Shown here piece by piece: positions 22,301 to 33,242 of a stretch of DNA of 64,000 nt. How positions within the stretch are numbered: the first letter of the stretch is position 1; each line of letters starts with the position of its first letter. The position numbers and the translations under genes are program-made. The notes beneath the pieces are model-generated. The model searched no databases, was not told where the DNA came from, and saw only the letters and a program-made list of their open reading frames with translations. Where the stretch lies: the NCBI GenBank assembly GCA_021613535.1, contig CP075494.1:1674001-1738000 (forward strand). Reading direction: 5' to 3'. The stretch comes from Adineta vaga (taxonomy: Eukaryota > Animalia > Rotifera).

Positions 22301-24350
22301 AGGATTAATTCCAATTAATGGAAATTATGAGTATTATCCTAATTATGTTACAATTAGAAGTATAAATACTTCAGGATTAGTATCACCTAAAATTGTGTAT
22401 CAAGATGGTTCATCTGATGGTGCATTAGGTTCTTCTACCTTCTCAGTGGGCGCAGCTGGTGGTGGACCTTGGTATGGACCGAGAGGACTTGGTTATATTT
22501 CAGACCCAGGAAATGTTCAAGAAACTGCCAATAATTTTGGATTGTATACTATGAACTCTGTTTCACATGATGGAAACACACACGAAACAGGTGGAATCAG
22601 ATGTATTATGGACCCGAATAATGCTTATATGCCAACTGATTTTGAAACTGAATTTATTAGCAGCCCAAATGAACAATACGCATTATCTACTCTAATTAAT
22701 TGGATAAAAGAACCAAACAGCTATGTAGAGTATACTAACAACTCTTTGACTACACAAAATCCGGCAGATAAAGACCGTGTTATTGAAATTCCGTTGCGTA
22801 AAGCTTATGCAATGTATAAACTACATTTAAGCACAACAGATGAATATCCTCAGGGAAGTCTCAAATCGAGCTCTGTTGTATGGACTACCAATACAGGCTT
22901 AATTCAAAACATGGAAATAATCGATGGAACTAAGGAAACGGCTAAACTGAAAGTTACTTTAAATGAAAATCAATACGGTAATGCTGTGGTAGCTTTCCAT
23001 TTAGGGAATTCCGGTCAGTGGGTAAATGGAAAAATGCAGGATCCCATTATCTGGAGCTGGCATATCTGGACTCCTGAAACAATAGTTGGTTCATTAGATT
23101 ACGAAACTGAAACCTCAACGAATGGGGGTATTATAAATGCTTCTAATACAGCTTTTGTAAATCCTGTGAAAAGTATTGGCGTTCCATTGAAGACTACTTT
23201 CATGGATCGAGACTTGGGTGCTTTAATGATGTTCCCAGAAGAAGCTTCAGTGGGTGGTGCATCATATACTTACAGCTTCATCCCTCAAGTCAGTAAAAGT
23301 GGAGGGCTACATTTCCAGTGGGGAAGAAAAGACCCTCTTCCTGTTTTCATCAATGCCGGAGGACATTATGATTTCGGAACTGCAGTAGGAAGTCAAGGAA
23401 GTATTTATAAGAATATGGCCAGATATACAGTCCGTACTCAGAGCGGACCGATGAGCAATGGAATAATTCCTTATTTAGGAACAATCGACAGTACAAGTTA
23501 TACTACAAATTATGCTAAAGAATTTTCAACCGATTATTCTTCAGTATTTTCATCAGCAGATTCTAAGAAGGATAAAATCAAGAAAGTATTGATGTATTCT
23601 GTAAACAATCCGCTATACTTTTTATATCAAAATCCTTCTACAGAAACAAATCAGTTTAAAAAAGTACGAGATTGGGTATCTGATGAAAATGGCCAGTTTA
23701 CAGACAGATGGGGACACGGTACAGAAAAATCACCTTTTGATCCATGTCCTGAAGGATGGAGAATACCTGATGCTTTCTATGCAAACATGCACTCTACACT
23801 GCCTCAGTTGAGCAATTTCTATTCTAACTGGCCATTATCTCATGGAAACAATCCTTGGTATTATAATGGTTATCAGGCTTCAGGTACAGGAACATACGGA
23901 TTAGCACCTTCAGGTGTATACCAAGCTAAAAGAGATGCTTATTCACCTGCAAACAAATTCTATCCGGGAAGCAGATCTATAATTTCTAACTATCCTGCCA
24001 CCAGATTTGGGTTTGTTTTCAATAACAACAGATATAAAATTGGTAACTATGCCAACAATGGAATCAGAGGCTTTCAAGGAGGAAAAGATCTTACCTTAGT
24101 TACAGCTGATGGACCTCTTAGATTAAGATTCAGCATGTCCGGAGCATGGACTGCATCGCCTTCCGATGTTTATTCTGGAACAGCGATAGGATTACATTTC
24201 AACATAGAATCATCAGCTGAGTTTAATATGCAGACCGGATATCCGTATTATCCTCAGGCAGCAATGTCTTGCCGTTGTGCAAAAATCAAGTATGATGGAA
24301 ATGGAAAGGAAATAGGAAGATACGAACCTACAGGCATTGAAGTTCAATAA
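19356..24350 (+). CDS. Chimeric secreted protein: signal peptide + PDI-a thioredoxin domain + polybasic linker + Bacteroidetes-type fimbrial/FISUMP-like surface protein with two tandem modules
   Basis: aa ~24-129 VLSLTKDTFD..VKFVAPWCDHCKAL..VDAT..YPTIKF..YTGGR..I.SWLKKKT. Then two copies of PNSY / IP..KAY.M / GNAVV / W.WH.W / MDR.LGA / G..QWGRKDP / KSP.DPCP..WR.P. Confidence 0.85.
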   Translation: MFPGSVQGALLAVVIILTQTTESHVLSLTKDTFDDAVKNNRHLLVKFVAPWCDHCKALSPAYAAAAKQLVDSGSDIKLASVDATIEQDLAQKYDVKVYPTIKFLSDGTTFDYTGGRARDDITSWLKKKTFVIHHYRRKALKKRTTTVLAPYVYDLDPQIVIQQNVNQKGLVIMEGKLTKPFIDDHIKLSIKYQDVQGNWVTGWCKTLYSYNQYNENVRATFELPASALNPYNVKIELSSNTNLSNFNSVVWDKTIRHYKLGDYIATNCDLDENEYTILLTPKKDGTLITDTNGKVTGVKDRVTTAHSWNRLNIGYSLDNKKNDVVFSPTNPATLFTDTNGAKSIKMVNQGVISDTLGSTPEFIYNVGPGHPIPYLYSYEDPVYMFAGKFSVNGFFIKFSQWPGEPNGPGYHNFKNPNSLQSRYFNLYNTISEKLSDFISDQEPVVFVSSMTTGFRVYKSNGTYINLTGYSNYGPLYFGYGNDQGGGRRGPGSENFIVSSTSEMTLYGMGALRNDFVNFTPGYPSIRSMQDIEKEISKFIRYAGIFGNTTAYDDTSECAGGCFAANPGAVSDYVMLDWAKAPNSYIFTGKDKNGNDADGLYIPVKKAYEMWSKGGEFMRDENGNYTPIPSGTATAGLYWEDEPGLIKSITLQGTGENAKIKVLVNKLKEGNAVVSYRVDDKVYWTWHVWVTDDPTVNGSTYRLGFEKDKNGNPVTNWKWMDRNLGATSAKFLGNNWHKSQGLQYQWGRKDPFPALIHKDGTMYEISGEIGNIRYVGAVYTTGSTSALPVKYRGNLYPQDNTGYDTPSGNIRYSVQHPIHMIIPPLYVKKYNETVIDNDENMFVQNSANSWYHQQRTTWFSKQKYRNDFNSADPSQNVAWDLWGDTRGGKISDLNNPQLAEESKRYAMKSPYDPCPCNWRVPSFYDNVGSPNNDNNASPWGRIGGANDVDTFTSNPSTSSTRFPGIKIYPGLGYDFTGVAGRNLGLIPINGNYEYYPNYVTIRSINTSGLVSPKIVYQDGSSDGALGSSTFSVGAAGGGPWYGPRGLGYISDPGNVQETANNFGLYTMNSVSHDGNTHETGGIRCIMDPNNAYMPTDFETEFISSPNEQYALSTLINWIKEPNSYVEYTNNSLTTQNPADKDRVIEIPLRKAYAMYKLHLSTTDEYPQGSLKSSSVVWTTNTGLIQNMEIIDGTKETAKLKVTLNENQYGNAVVAFHLGNSGQWVNGKMQDPIIWSWHIWTPETIVGSLDYETETSTNGGIINASNTAFVNPVKSIGVPLKTTFMDRDLGALMMFPEEASVGGASYTYSFIPQVSKSGGLHFQWGRKDPLPVFINAGGHYDFGTAVGSQGSIYKNMARYTVRTQSGPMSNGIIPYLGTIDSTSYTTNYAKEFSTDYSSVFSSADSKKDKIKKVLMYSVNNPLYFLYQNPSTETNQFKKVRDWVSDENGQFTDRWGHGTEKSPFDPCPEGWRIPDAFYANMHSTLPQLSNFYSNWPLSHGNNPWYYNGYQASGTGTYGLAPSGVYQAKRDAYSPANKFYPGSRSIISNYPATRFGFVFNNNRYKIGNYANNGIRGFQGGKDLTLVTADGPLRLRFSMSGAWTASPSDVYSGTAIGLHFNIESSAEFNMQTGYPYYPQAAMSCRCAKIKYDGNGKEIGRYEPTGIEVQ

Positions 24351-25095
24351 AATACAACTACAAATTCATGAAATGTTCTTCCCAGCTAGAAACAAAAATG
24401 GTCTGAGACGCAACAATTAAAATAATAAAAAACTGTCATAAAAAACCCTAAACAATGCATTTTCATTTTCCGTTTTAATATCTAAATAAAAGTTATAATG
24501 CGAATTATTCCTTACTATTGTTTAAGGTTTTTTCAATACCAGATTATTAATAATTTCCAGATATTTATTTGTCCACGAAAAGATAGAATGAATTATAAGA
24601 TGTATCCATATGGAAGAGGGTGTAATAAATTCGAGATTATCTAGTAATAGATCTGTACCTCCGTGTGTCTGAACAGTTCATTGAGAAGAGACTTTTTTCG
24701 GAATATATGAGGTCCAATCTTCTTAGTTTAATGCCGAAAGCGATTGACACGAAAGAATTTTTTAAAGCATGCTAGTCTACTACGCTTCAATATCTTTGGA
24801 TGTAAAGCAAGTAAGAATAGAATATACTGATCATTTTCGAAATAGATTTAATTGAAATAGTTGACATTAAATTGTTCAATAATACTTCATGCAACTACTA
24901 AAATAAGCGACTAACAACTGCAATGAAAACATAGAAATACAAAAAAATTTATATGCTACGAAAGCAATTATTTAACGAAGATTGAAGTTAATGATCGAAT
25001 GTATATTTTCCAGATAATTCACTCTTTTGATACGTTTGTGCATTAGGCGAATCGATTTCTTCTGTATTATTCACTTGTTTTGCTTGTTGAACTTC

Positions 25096-25157
25096 ATCTG
25101 GATGTGGGTGTGGGTATGGATACTACTCCTTCATCTACAACCACACCGCACGCACCC
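25096..25157. repeat. Telomere-repeat palindrome (degenerate)
   Basis: CATCTGGATGTGGGTGTGGGTATGGA...ACCACACCGCACGCACCC. Confidence 0.65.
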
Positions 25158-26100
25158 TTTTATAGTGTATGCGTAAAGATCGACATTTCATACAATTAGT
25201 GATGTGCCGAAGAATGTAAGTCACAGAACAATAAATAAGGAATAACGACAGAATAAAAGAAAACACAAATCATATACGACGTAACAAACAAGACGCGTTT
25301 TTTGCGAAAAAGAGTATATAATTCTATTGATTAAGAAAACAAAGAAACGATTTATAAGCTTTCATCTAAAAACTAACGAACTAAAGGTTGATTAGAAAGT
25401 GTCAAACCCTCTCACTAAACTAATATATTCAGAACAAACTTCCATATATATATATATATATATAAATATGACAAAAAACCCAAGTAAATAATAAATTTTA
25501 TGCAACTTGTGTATCTTATCGAAAAAGAAACCTATTCGACGATTTTTTGAAAAAATGTAAGTTGAAATAATTATGTCTTACTCAAGACTCGTAAAATGAT
25601 TAAAAAATCATCATATACTTGAATTTTTTTACTTTTTTTTCAGTTGATAGCTCTTCTCTTCCTCTACCAAAATGACTTGATTTCATCAATGACATACATA
25701 GAATTTCATCCTGAAAAATACCAATTTAATCAGAGAGATTGAAACTTTTTAATCATCTTCTGAATTAATTATAACTGACGCTTGTGAAGAGCCGATGACA
25801 TCTGATGAAGTATGCGATGCATAAATCCGTTTCGACTTGATCACAGGAACGATAAACGAAGGAGAAGATTCACAAATTAGGCTTTTATTGAGGAATCATT
25901 TATCCGAATCATTAAATAACTTATTTACGAAGAGAAAAAATGCATTTTTGATAGCATTTAAGATTACTCATTTTCATGTTAATATTGATCAAATTAATAC
26001 AAAAATTATTTTATCTAAAGTTCTTGACAATGTCATGTTTATCATTACCGGAAAGAAAAATCAAATTAAAGATATACGATGAATCATACGCTCAACTTGT

Positions 26101-28391
26101 TTAACCCTTTCAGGACGGGAAGCCACTATAGTGGCTTTTGATTGTTTTTGAATAGAAAAACGGTATTCATTGACGATCTAAATTAGCTATATATGTATCA
26201 TAATATACTTATTATAATGACATATATCTTATGTAGTTTTCGTGGTCGGTCATGCTGATTCCTCTTTTTTTTTGTCTTACATCAGATCATCAGAGTGAGT
26301 TGTAGATGTGGTCATCATTTGTATGTCATCTTTTTCTGTCTATCATTTTCATATCATTAACACATATACATATATATGTATGTATATATATATACTCTCT
26401 CTTACCCTCACTTTTTTTCGTTCTGCTACCGCACTTGAATTCGTATACATTCTTTTATTCTGGTATATTCCAATACGCACTTCTTTCATTTATCTTCTGG
26501 ATGTTTCTCTCTCTTTTTGGACCCTGATGTTTATATGTATACGTTCACTATTTGAAACTTTTTTATTCATTGACTAGTAACCAATAGTTCTCTCAAACGT
26601 TAAATTAGAAAAGTATTGAATATTCTCACTTATTTCATCTCATTTACTGTTTCTTATCGAAGAAAACATGGCTGCATTCAAGTGTAAGCAAAATACAGAA
26701 GTGAATGAAACTCGTATGAACATCGAATCCGACAGTGACAGCGAGTTTTTCGATGATCTCAGCAGTGAAGAATCGGATAATGACGATTATACATCTGTAC
26801 CGAATAGATCTTGGAGAGATGGGCATTTTACACCTCGTCTATTTGACTTTACACAAAAAACTGGTCTCAATTCGGATGTATTAGACTTGAAAAATGAATC
26901 TCCATTAGATTTTTTTGAACTATTATTCGATCGAACAATATTAGAACAAATAGTGAATGAAACAAATAAATATCATTCACTTTCAAACACAAGTATTCCA
27001 AATTCCTCCACATCTCATCAGACACAATGGAATGATACAAACGTTCCTGAGTTGTATTCTTTTCTAGCCATCGTAATGCTTATGGCTCATACGAAAAAGA
27101 ATCGGATAAAAGACTACTGGTCTACCGATGAGCTGATTTCTACTCCAATCTTTACTCAAATATTCACCAGAGATCGCTTTTTGTTAATTCTGAAATTTTT
27201 ACATTTCAACGATAATCAACGACAGCAAGATGGTGATAGATTACATAAGATAAAGCCAATTATTGATTATTTGAGAAAAAAAGTTCAAACTTTGTTTCAA
27301 ACCATACAGAAACCTATGTATTGATGAAAGCTTGATGTTATGGAAAGGACGTTTGAGTTTCAAACAGTATATACCAACAAAACGACATCGTTTTGGTGTG
27401 AAATTATTCATATTGTGCGATTGTCATTCCGGTTTCATTATGGATTTTATTGTTTATGCGGGTCAACAGACAGAAATTAAACTGGACAAAGAATTACGAA
27501 TATCGGGTTCGATTGTTATGACTCTGATGGATAACTATTTGGACAAAGGTCATGTTATATTCATGGATAATTGGTATACAAGTCCCATTCTATTCGAAAA
27601 ACTACACTACAGACGAACAGGTGCTTGTGGAACCGTCAAATCCAACAGAACTGGTCTGCCTATATTTCCTTCGAAATTACAAAAAGATAAACAAGCATTT
27701 CAACATACAAATATATTACTTGCATTGAAATGGCGTGATAAGCGCGATGTTCACATGTTATCTACAATCCATGTACCAGATATGGTACTAACTAATAAAA
27801 TTGATCATACAACGAATAAACCAGTAGCAAAACCTCTTTGTATCAAGGATTACAACGAGAATATGGGATTAGTGGATAAATCTGATATGCAGATTAGCTT
27901 TTCAGAATGTATTCGTAAAACTATCAAATGGTACAAGAAGTTATTTTTTCATCTACTCGATTTATCGATGCTAAATGCTTACATACTTTATAAAGAAAAG
28001 AAGCACGTAATTCTTGAGTTCACTGATTTTCGTCTACAAGTAATTCGACAGATCTTCGAAAAATATGGTACTCAACGAAATACAAGAAGAGGTCGACCAT
28101 CTGCTGACATATCATTGCGACTCACAACTCGTCATTTTCCATCGCTAACTGGTGGAAGATCGCGAACATGCATTGTGTGCAGTACGACTAGCAAACGACC
28201 CAAAAAGCGTTCTCGTACAAAGTATGAATGTTCAGACTGTAATGTAGGTTTATGTATCGCAAATTGTTTTCGAGAATATCATACATTACACTCATATTAA
28301 TAAACTTGAAGAAAGAAAAGAATAAATTGATGTTTAGTTATATTTTTCATATGATTTCCTATAAAAAATAATCCCGTCCTGAAAGGGTTAA
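26101..28391 (+). mobile_element. Full-length piggyBac transposon with TTAA TSDs and perfect 16-bp TIRs
   Basis: TTAA-CCCTTTCAGGACGGGA (TIR 26105-26120) ... TCCCGTCCTGAAAGGG-TTAA (TIR 28372-28387); subterminal palindrome AAGCCACTATAGTGGCTT. Confidence 0.95.
26668..28300 (+). pseudogene. piggyBac (PGBD4-like) DDD transposase with a single frameshift
   Basis: IDESL, MDNWY, VDKSD catalytic motifs and a C-terminal Cys-rich domain. One extra A in the A-run at ~27276-27282 separates the two ORFs. Confidence 0.9.
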
Positions 28392-28411
28392 GAGTGTGAT
28401 GTTAAATATAT

Positions 28412-28957
28412 TCAAAAAATGTTTTTTATTCCTACAAAACTCGATAGTAGGATAACAATAAGTATCCCTTTGGCTCTAGTTGCGTCAGATTTAAGTCGAA
28501 CAGCAATAGTATTACATTGAGAACCAGCTAAATTAATAACAGAAATTACTTGGTTATCTTGACTTAACGATAAATTAACAGGATATTCAAATAGACGATA
28601 TGGTAATGTGAAATCTTTTGGCATATCAATTGTTGTAAATACAAGTGGCTTGGCTGCACAAATACCGATTCCATAGGCTTGTCCTATTATTTGTAATTTG
28701 GTTCCATTGTCCTGTGCAGAAGTAGTTATGTAGTCAAAAAAACAACAACACGTTGAATTATCACATTTTCTATCTGTACTCCAACTACCAATCCAGTTTG
28801 GTAAAACTCGTATAAAAACATTTTCTTTAGTTGTCTCTATTAATTATGAAATAGTTTTATTAATTTAAAATATTAATATATGTATTTACATACTTGCATT
28901 TATAATCTTCATAAAAACAGTCATACTTAATAAAATATACCATAGTTTATTCATCAT
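28412..28957 (-). CDS. Small secreted, probably GPI-anchored Cys-containing protein, 2 exons
   Basis: Signal exon MMNKLWYILLSMTVFMKIINA, then VLPNWIGSWSTDRKCDNSTCCCFF... continuing in frame into ORF 28412..28624; hydrophobic C-terminus. Confidence 0.7.
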
Positions 28958-30413
28958 TACAAACTATATAGAACTGATCTAAGAATAAACAACGATGCTT
29001 TTCACAAGTTTTAATATGTTTGTTAATGAAATTTTTATCTAATATCTCGCACATCTTATCTTTCTTTTATAAAACTTAAAATATTAGAAAAAAAAATATA
29101 GAAAGATTATTTTACTTCTACGTATAGAACACGTGATATTGTGAAGAATTTTCTATTTTCTTTTTATATAAAATCTTTCAGATAGAATGAAGAACAGACC
29201 AGAATAAGCTCAAATTGCTCTGTTCTCTAATGTTGACTATGGTAAGATAACATTCTGCTGTAGTTTTACTTACATGTTGAGTAAATGTTATTTATGGCCT
29301 ATATGTATGTTGCACTTAAGTTTATAGCATAGTATTTATCGTGTATTCGTTCTTTTCTCAACACATACATCATATAAAAATCAATAAATTCAGATTGAAA
29401 GAAGAAAAAAAATGTTGATATACTACCTTCGCTTTCATATAGAAGAAGAATTGGTGTTGATTGTATTGCTTTATATAAAAACATGAACTTATATATAGAC
29501 TCGTGCGTGAAATGAAATACTAATAAAATATTTCATAGAAATCTAACTACTTACTATATCGGTTTTTAAACACGATAAAATTTTATATGCCAATTTAAAT
29601 CATTTGTCATTTGTGAATTGATTTCTTGATCTATATCTTGAATTTTATATTTAAAATTGGAACTAATAGCCACTATAAAAGGACATCTAAGTGAGATAAT
29701 TAATTCATTGTAGAATAAAAGGAGAATAGAAAACAAATGAGAGAAGTTAAGTTTTAAAAATATTCACTATTTCCGCAGAAAAAACATAATAGATAGATTG
29801 TGCGTGATTGTTCTACATTTAAAAAATATACATAAACATAAACTTACGAAATTCTGATTTGAAGAGTTGTAAATAAATATACAAACATAAAATCAAAGAA
29901 ATTAAAAATAAATATTTATATTTGTTTATTTGAGAATTAAATATTGATAATAAATATGAATAATCTTCATGTGTTATATAACGAAGGTGTGGGTACCTCT
30001 TCTTGTTGCTCACCAACATACATATATACGTTATACATCCATATTATCTATTTTTCAACGATTCTGTTGCAGTCTATATAGCGAATAACCATCTCTAAGT
30101 CAATTAAGTTTACTGCGACGCATTTATACGCAATTTTATTTCAATAGAAAACAGAAGTGTGCACTTACACACAATGTAATTATAAGCCCTTTTTTGTTTT
30201 GTCTTCAAAGAATAAAAACTGTTTTTTTTATAAATAAAATACAATTTTTTTAGATCTTCTTTGCCATACAAGGTTGAAAAATTGAAAAGATGCTCTATGA
30301 GTGATTTATACAAATTTATAAATTATATATTTTGTAAAGAGAAGAAAAAATATAGAACTTTATTTTTTTAAGCAATACATTCGTCAGACATAATAGAAAC
30401 CAGTAGTACGAGG

Positions 30414-32401
30414 ATGTTCTCTCAACAACAGTCGCCCATGAATGAATGGTCAACAACACAAACTTATTCATCTCAACATCGAGATACACCAAAAACATCA
30501 GTAGAAAATAAAGCCATTTCGTATAATACATGTCGTAGACATGACAATGAAGATCGCTTAAAAGATCGTAAAAAACGGAGGTAAAAAACAAGTAGTTCTA
30601 TATTATCCCAGAAGTTTTGCAGTTTCAACTGGAACTTTGCACTCCTAGTATTATGTTTTAATATATATATCATTAATATTTTTAAGATGCAGATTATTTG
30701 GTATACTACTAGAATGCTGTGGATCATGTTCACCATTCTGTTATGGTCTGTTATTGGGTGTACTCACTGCGGGCTTGGCATTAGCCATTATCATGACATT
30801 GTGGTTAACATCTTCAAAGCAAACATTGACATCAGAGGGTAAACATCGTACTTCTTCATTTTTACATATGCAGTCAAAGTATCCTTGATTGGTATCTTTT
30901 CAAATAATGTCTGTATCTAGTAAAATTTACTTCCACCCACACTCTCAAGATGGATCATTTGATCCATAAAAGCAATAGGTCACTTTTTTTAGTATTAAAG
31001 CGTGATTTTGATAACTGGTGCCTGATTTAGTAGTTTCTTATAATGTGAGACTAAGAAAGCATAATATCTTAGTAAATGCGATTATCTTGATATTTTGCAT
31101 AATAAGAAAACTTTGGTGCCCTATTGATGACAATTGCCATCTTGATTAATTCAATCAACAGTTAAGGATAATTTTCATTTACTAAACGTGAATTTCCAAC
31201 TTCAATTGAAAACACACCGTATTTCTTTTGCATATTAGATCAATAGCTTCATGTTCTTGGATGAAGCTGTTTTATGAAAACGAAATGTTCAATAGTTTTT
31301 CCATTTCTCTTGCAAACGTTTTGTAGAATTGGCAGTACAAATAGCAACATCAACATTATCAGGAACAACAGCAGCTACAACAACAGCTACAACAACAATC
31401 GCCTCAACAACAGCCTCAACAACAGCCTCAACAACAGTAACAACAACAGCCTCAACAACAGTAACAACAACAGTAACAACAACAGCAACAACAACAACAA
31501 CAGCCTCAACAACAGTAACAACAACAGCAACAACAACAACAACAGCCTCAACAACAGTAACAACAACAGCAACAACAACAGCCTCAACTGCTGCAACAAC
31601 AACTACAGACGGTAAGTATATATGAGAGTGTGGTGAATTTATGAATTTTTGTTTTCACCCAAACCTAAAACTCATTTTATTATTTACCAAATAATATCAT
31701 TATATTTCTAGGGGTTCTTTCATTATTTCTCAACAAAATCCATAAAAAAAGACAGCATGATTTGTTTTGTTCTTGCTCAATGCTTTGCCATAGGTAGAAG
31801 AATTGAAAAACTAGCCATTTTGTCTCGATTATATGTCTGAAATAAATTCAAAACAAATGAACACATTTCGGTTATGCCTTGGCAAAAATTCTTACTTTTC
31901 TTTATTATTTCCTTTGCAGGAACTACACAGACACCTCCATGTCCACCTGTTTCTGTTAGTTCTTCAAGTTTTCTCCATAATGCGACGACTGGACCAACCA
32001 TTTATACATGTCATGCTTATGAGTGGACAGCTCCGAACACTAGTCTGATTAGCCTTGCCTTTGAATTTCGCAATGATCCTTCGTCCTGGTATATTGATGA
32101 TGTATCCGTTAAGTACGGTAGTACTGAAATGTTAGTTAATGGCGATTTTGAGTCAGGCACTCTTGCCCCCGGCTGGCAGAGAACTCAAGCAATGAACATC
32201 ACTGGTGGACTTTATCCAGGAAATGTCAGCAATGTAATGCCTCGCACCGGTTCTTATAGTATTCGTGATGGAGTCCTAGGATATATTGATAAAATTAGCC
32301 AATCATTTATGACTACGGGTGGTCATATTTATATCGTTAGCTATTGGTTCAAGACAAATGCATTAGGAGCAAATCAATATATTTCTGTTAGTCTCTCATG
32401 A
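30414..32401 (+). CDS. Type II membrane protein with Thr-rich mucin stalk and C-terminal CBM/galactose-binding-like domain, 4 exons
   Basis: Exons ~30414-30580, ~30688-30838 (CCGSC + TM), ~31327-31611 (Thr-rich), ~31920-32401 (WYIDDVSV, LVNGDFESG..GW). GT-AG junctions keep the frame. Confidence 0.75.
31363..31610 (+). repeat. Coding (ACA)-based minisatellite (T/A/S/V stalk)
   Basis: ACAACAGCCTCA / ACAACAGTA / ACAACAGCA units. Confidence 0.9.
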
Positions 32402-32707
32402 TCAAAACAAGTAAACATCATAATTGGAATCGTTTTTATTCCCGAATAAATATCATTTTATAATCTACTATAGTTCTTCTTTTCTGTCCACTGTATTGAT
32501 AATGTTATAAATAGATGAGGTTGTGTGTGACTGTAACTGTCAGAGAAATAGATCCTCATCCGTCCTCAACATTTAATTCATTTCTTTTGTATGACAAAAT
32601 TATATGCCAACATTTTCATTTATCTTGAGAAATTATCTATAGATACGCAAAATCGTGTCGTATTCTATCTGTGACGAGAATGTTAGCAAAAAATAAATGA
32701 AAACCAT

Positions 32708-33242
32708 GGTGCAGATGAGGATCTGCGCCTTTTTATTTCGTCCACCCACACCCACAGCCAGCACCTAAATGATATTTTATGTAGTAAGAAAAAGTAAAAT
32801 ACATTCGATCAGTTGATTAACCAATTACAGAACATGATTTCGATTCCGGGACATGAAGTGGATTATAATAAACATAATAAAGTTTCGAGGTAAACATGAA
32901 AGAAATCAATTAGTCGCACAAGCAACAAAGACGAATCAATGAATATTTTGAAAAAACTAATTTCGAATTTCATTCCAAGATTTAAAGTATTAAAAATAAT
33001 ATGCAATTCTATATTTTCAATATTAATATTAAGAATTTCAAAGTTCAGTTCAAGCTCCGAATTACTCACTTTTCAAACAGTTCAGTTCATTTGAGTCGGT
33101 TCGTGAGCCTGCGCTTATATACCTCTAATTGATACTATGAATTATAAAATGAAATTTTCTTAATATTTATTTCGAGAGGGTGGATGTGATTGTGAGTGAG
33201 AGATTAAAAAGCTAAACGGTACCACCATTCACATTCTCACCC
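32708..33242. repeat. Two degenerate telomere-repeat palindromes (32708-32766, 33174-33242)
   Basis: GGTGCAGATGAGG...CCACCCACACCCACAGCC; GAGAGGGTGGATGTGATTGTGAGTG...CACCATTCACATTCTCACCC. Confidence 0.5.

Noticed and set aside
19785-24350. Bacterial contamination
   Set aside because: The segment is in frame with a eukaryotic PDI domain, has a putative 5'UTR intron and intron-bearing neighbours, and shows no operon context. Read-level confirmation is still needed.
25837-26082. 81-aa ORF upstream of the piggyBac
   Set aside because: It looks like a decayed coding fragment with nearby stops and no recognisable domain.
31274-31615. Asn-rich (+) and poly-Leu (-) ORFs
   Set aside because: These are alternative frames of the ACA minisatellite; only the Thr frame fits the splice sites.
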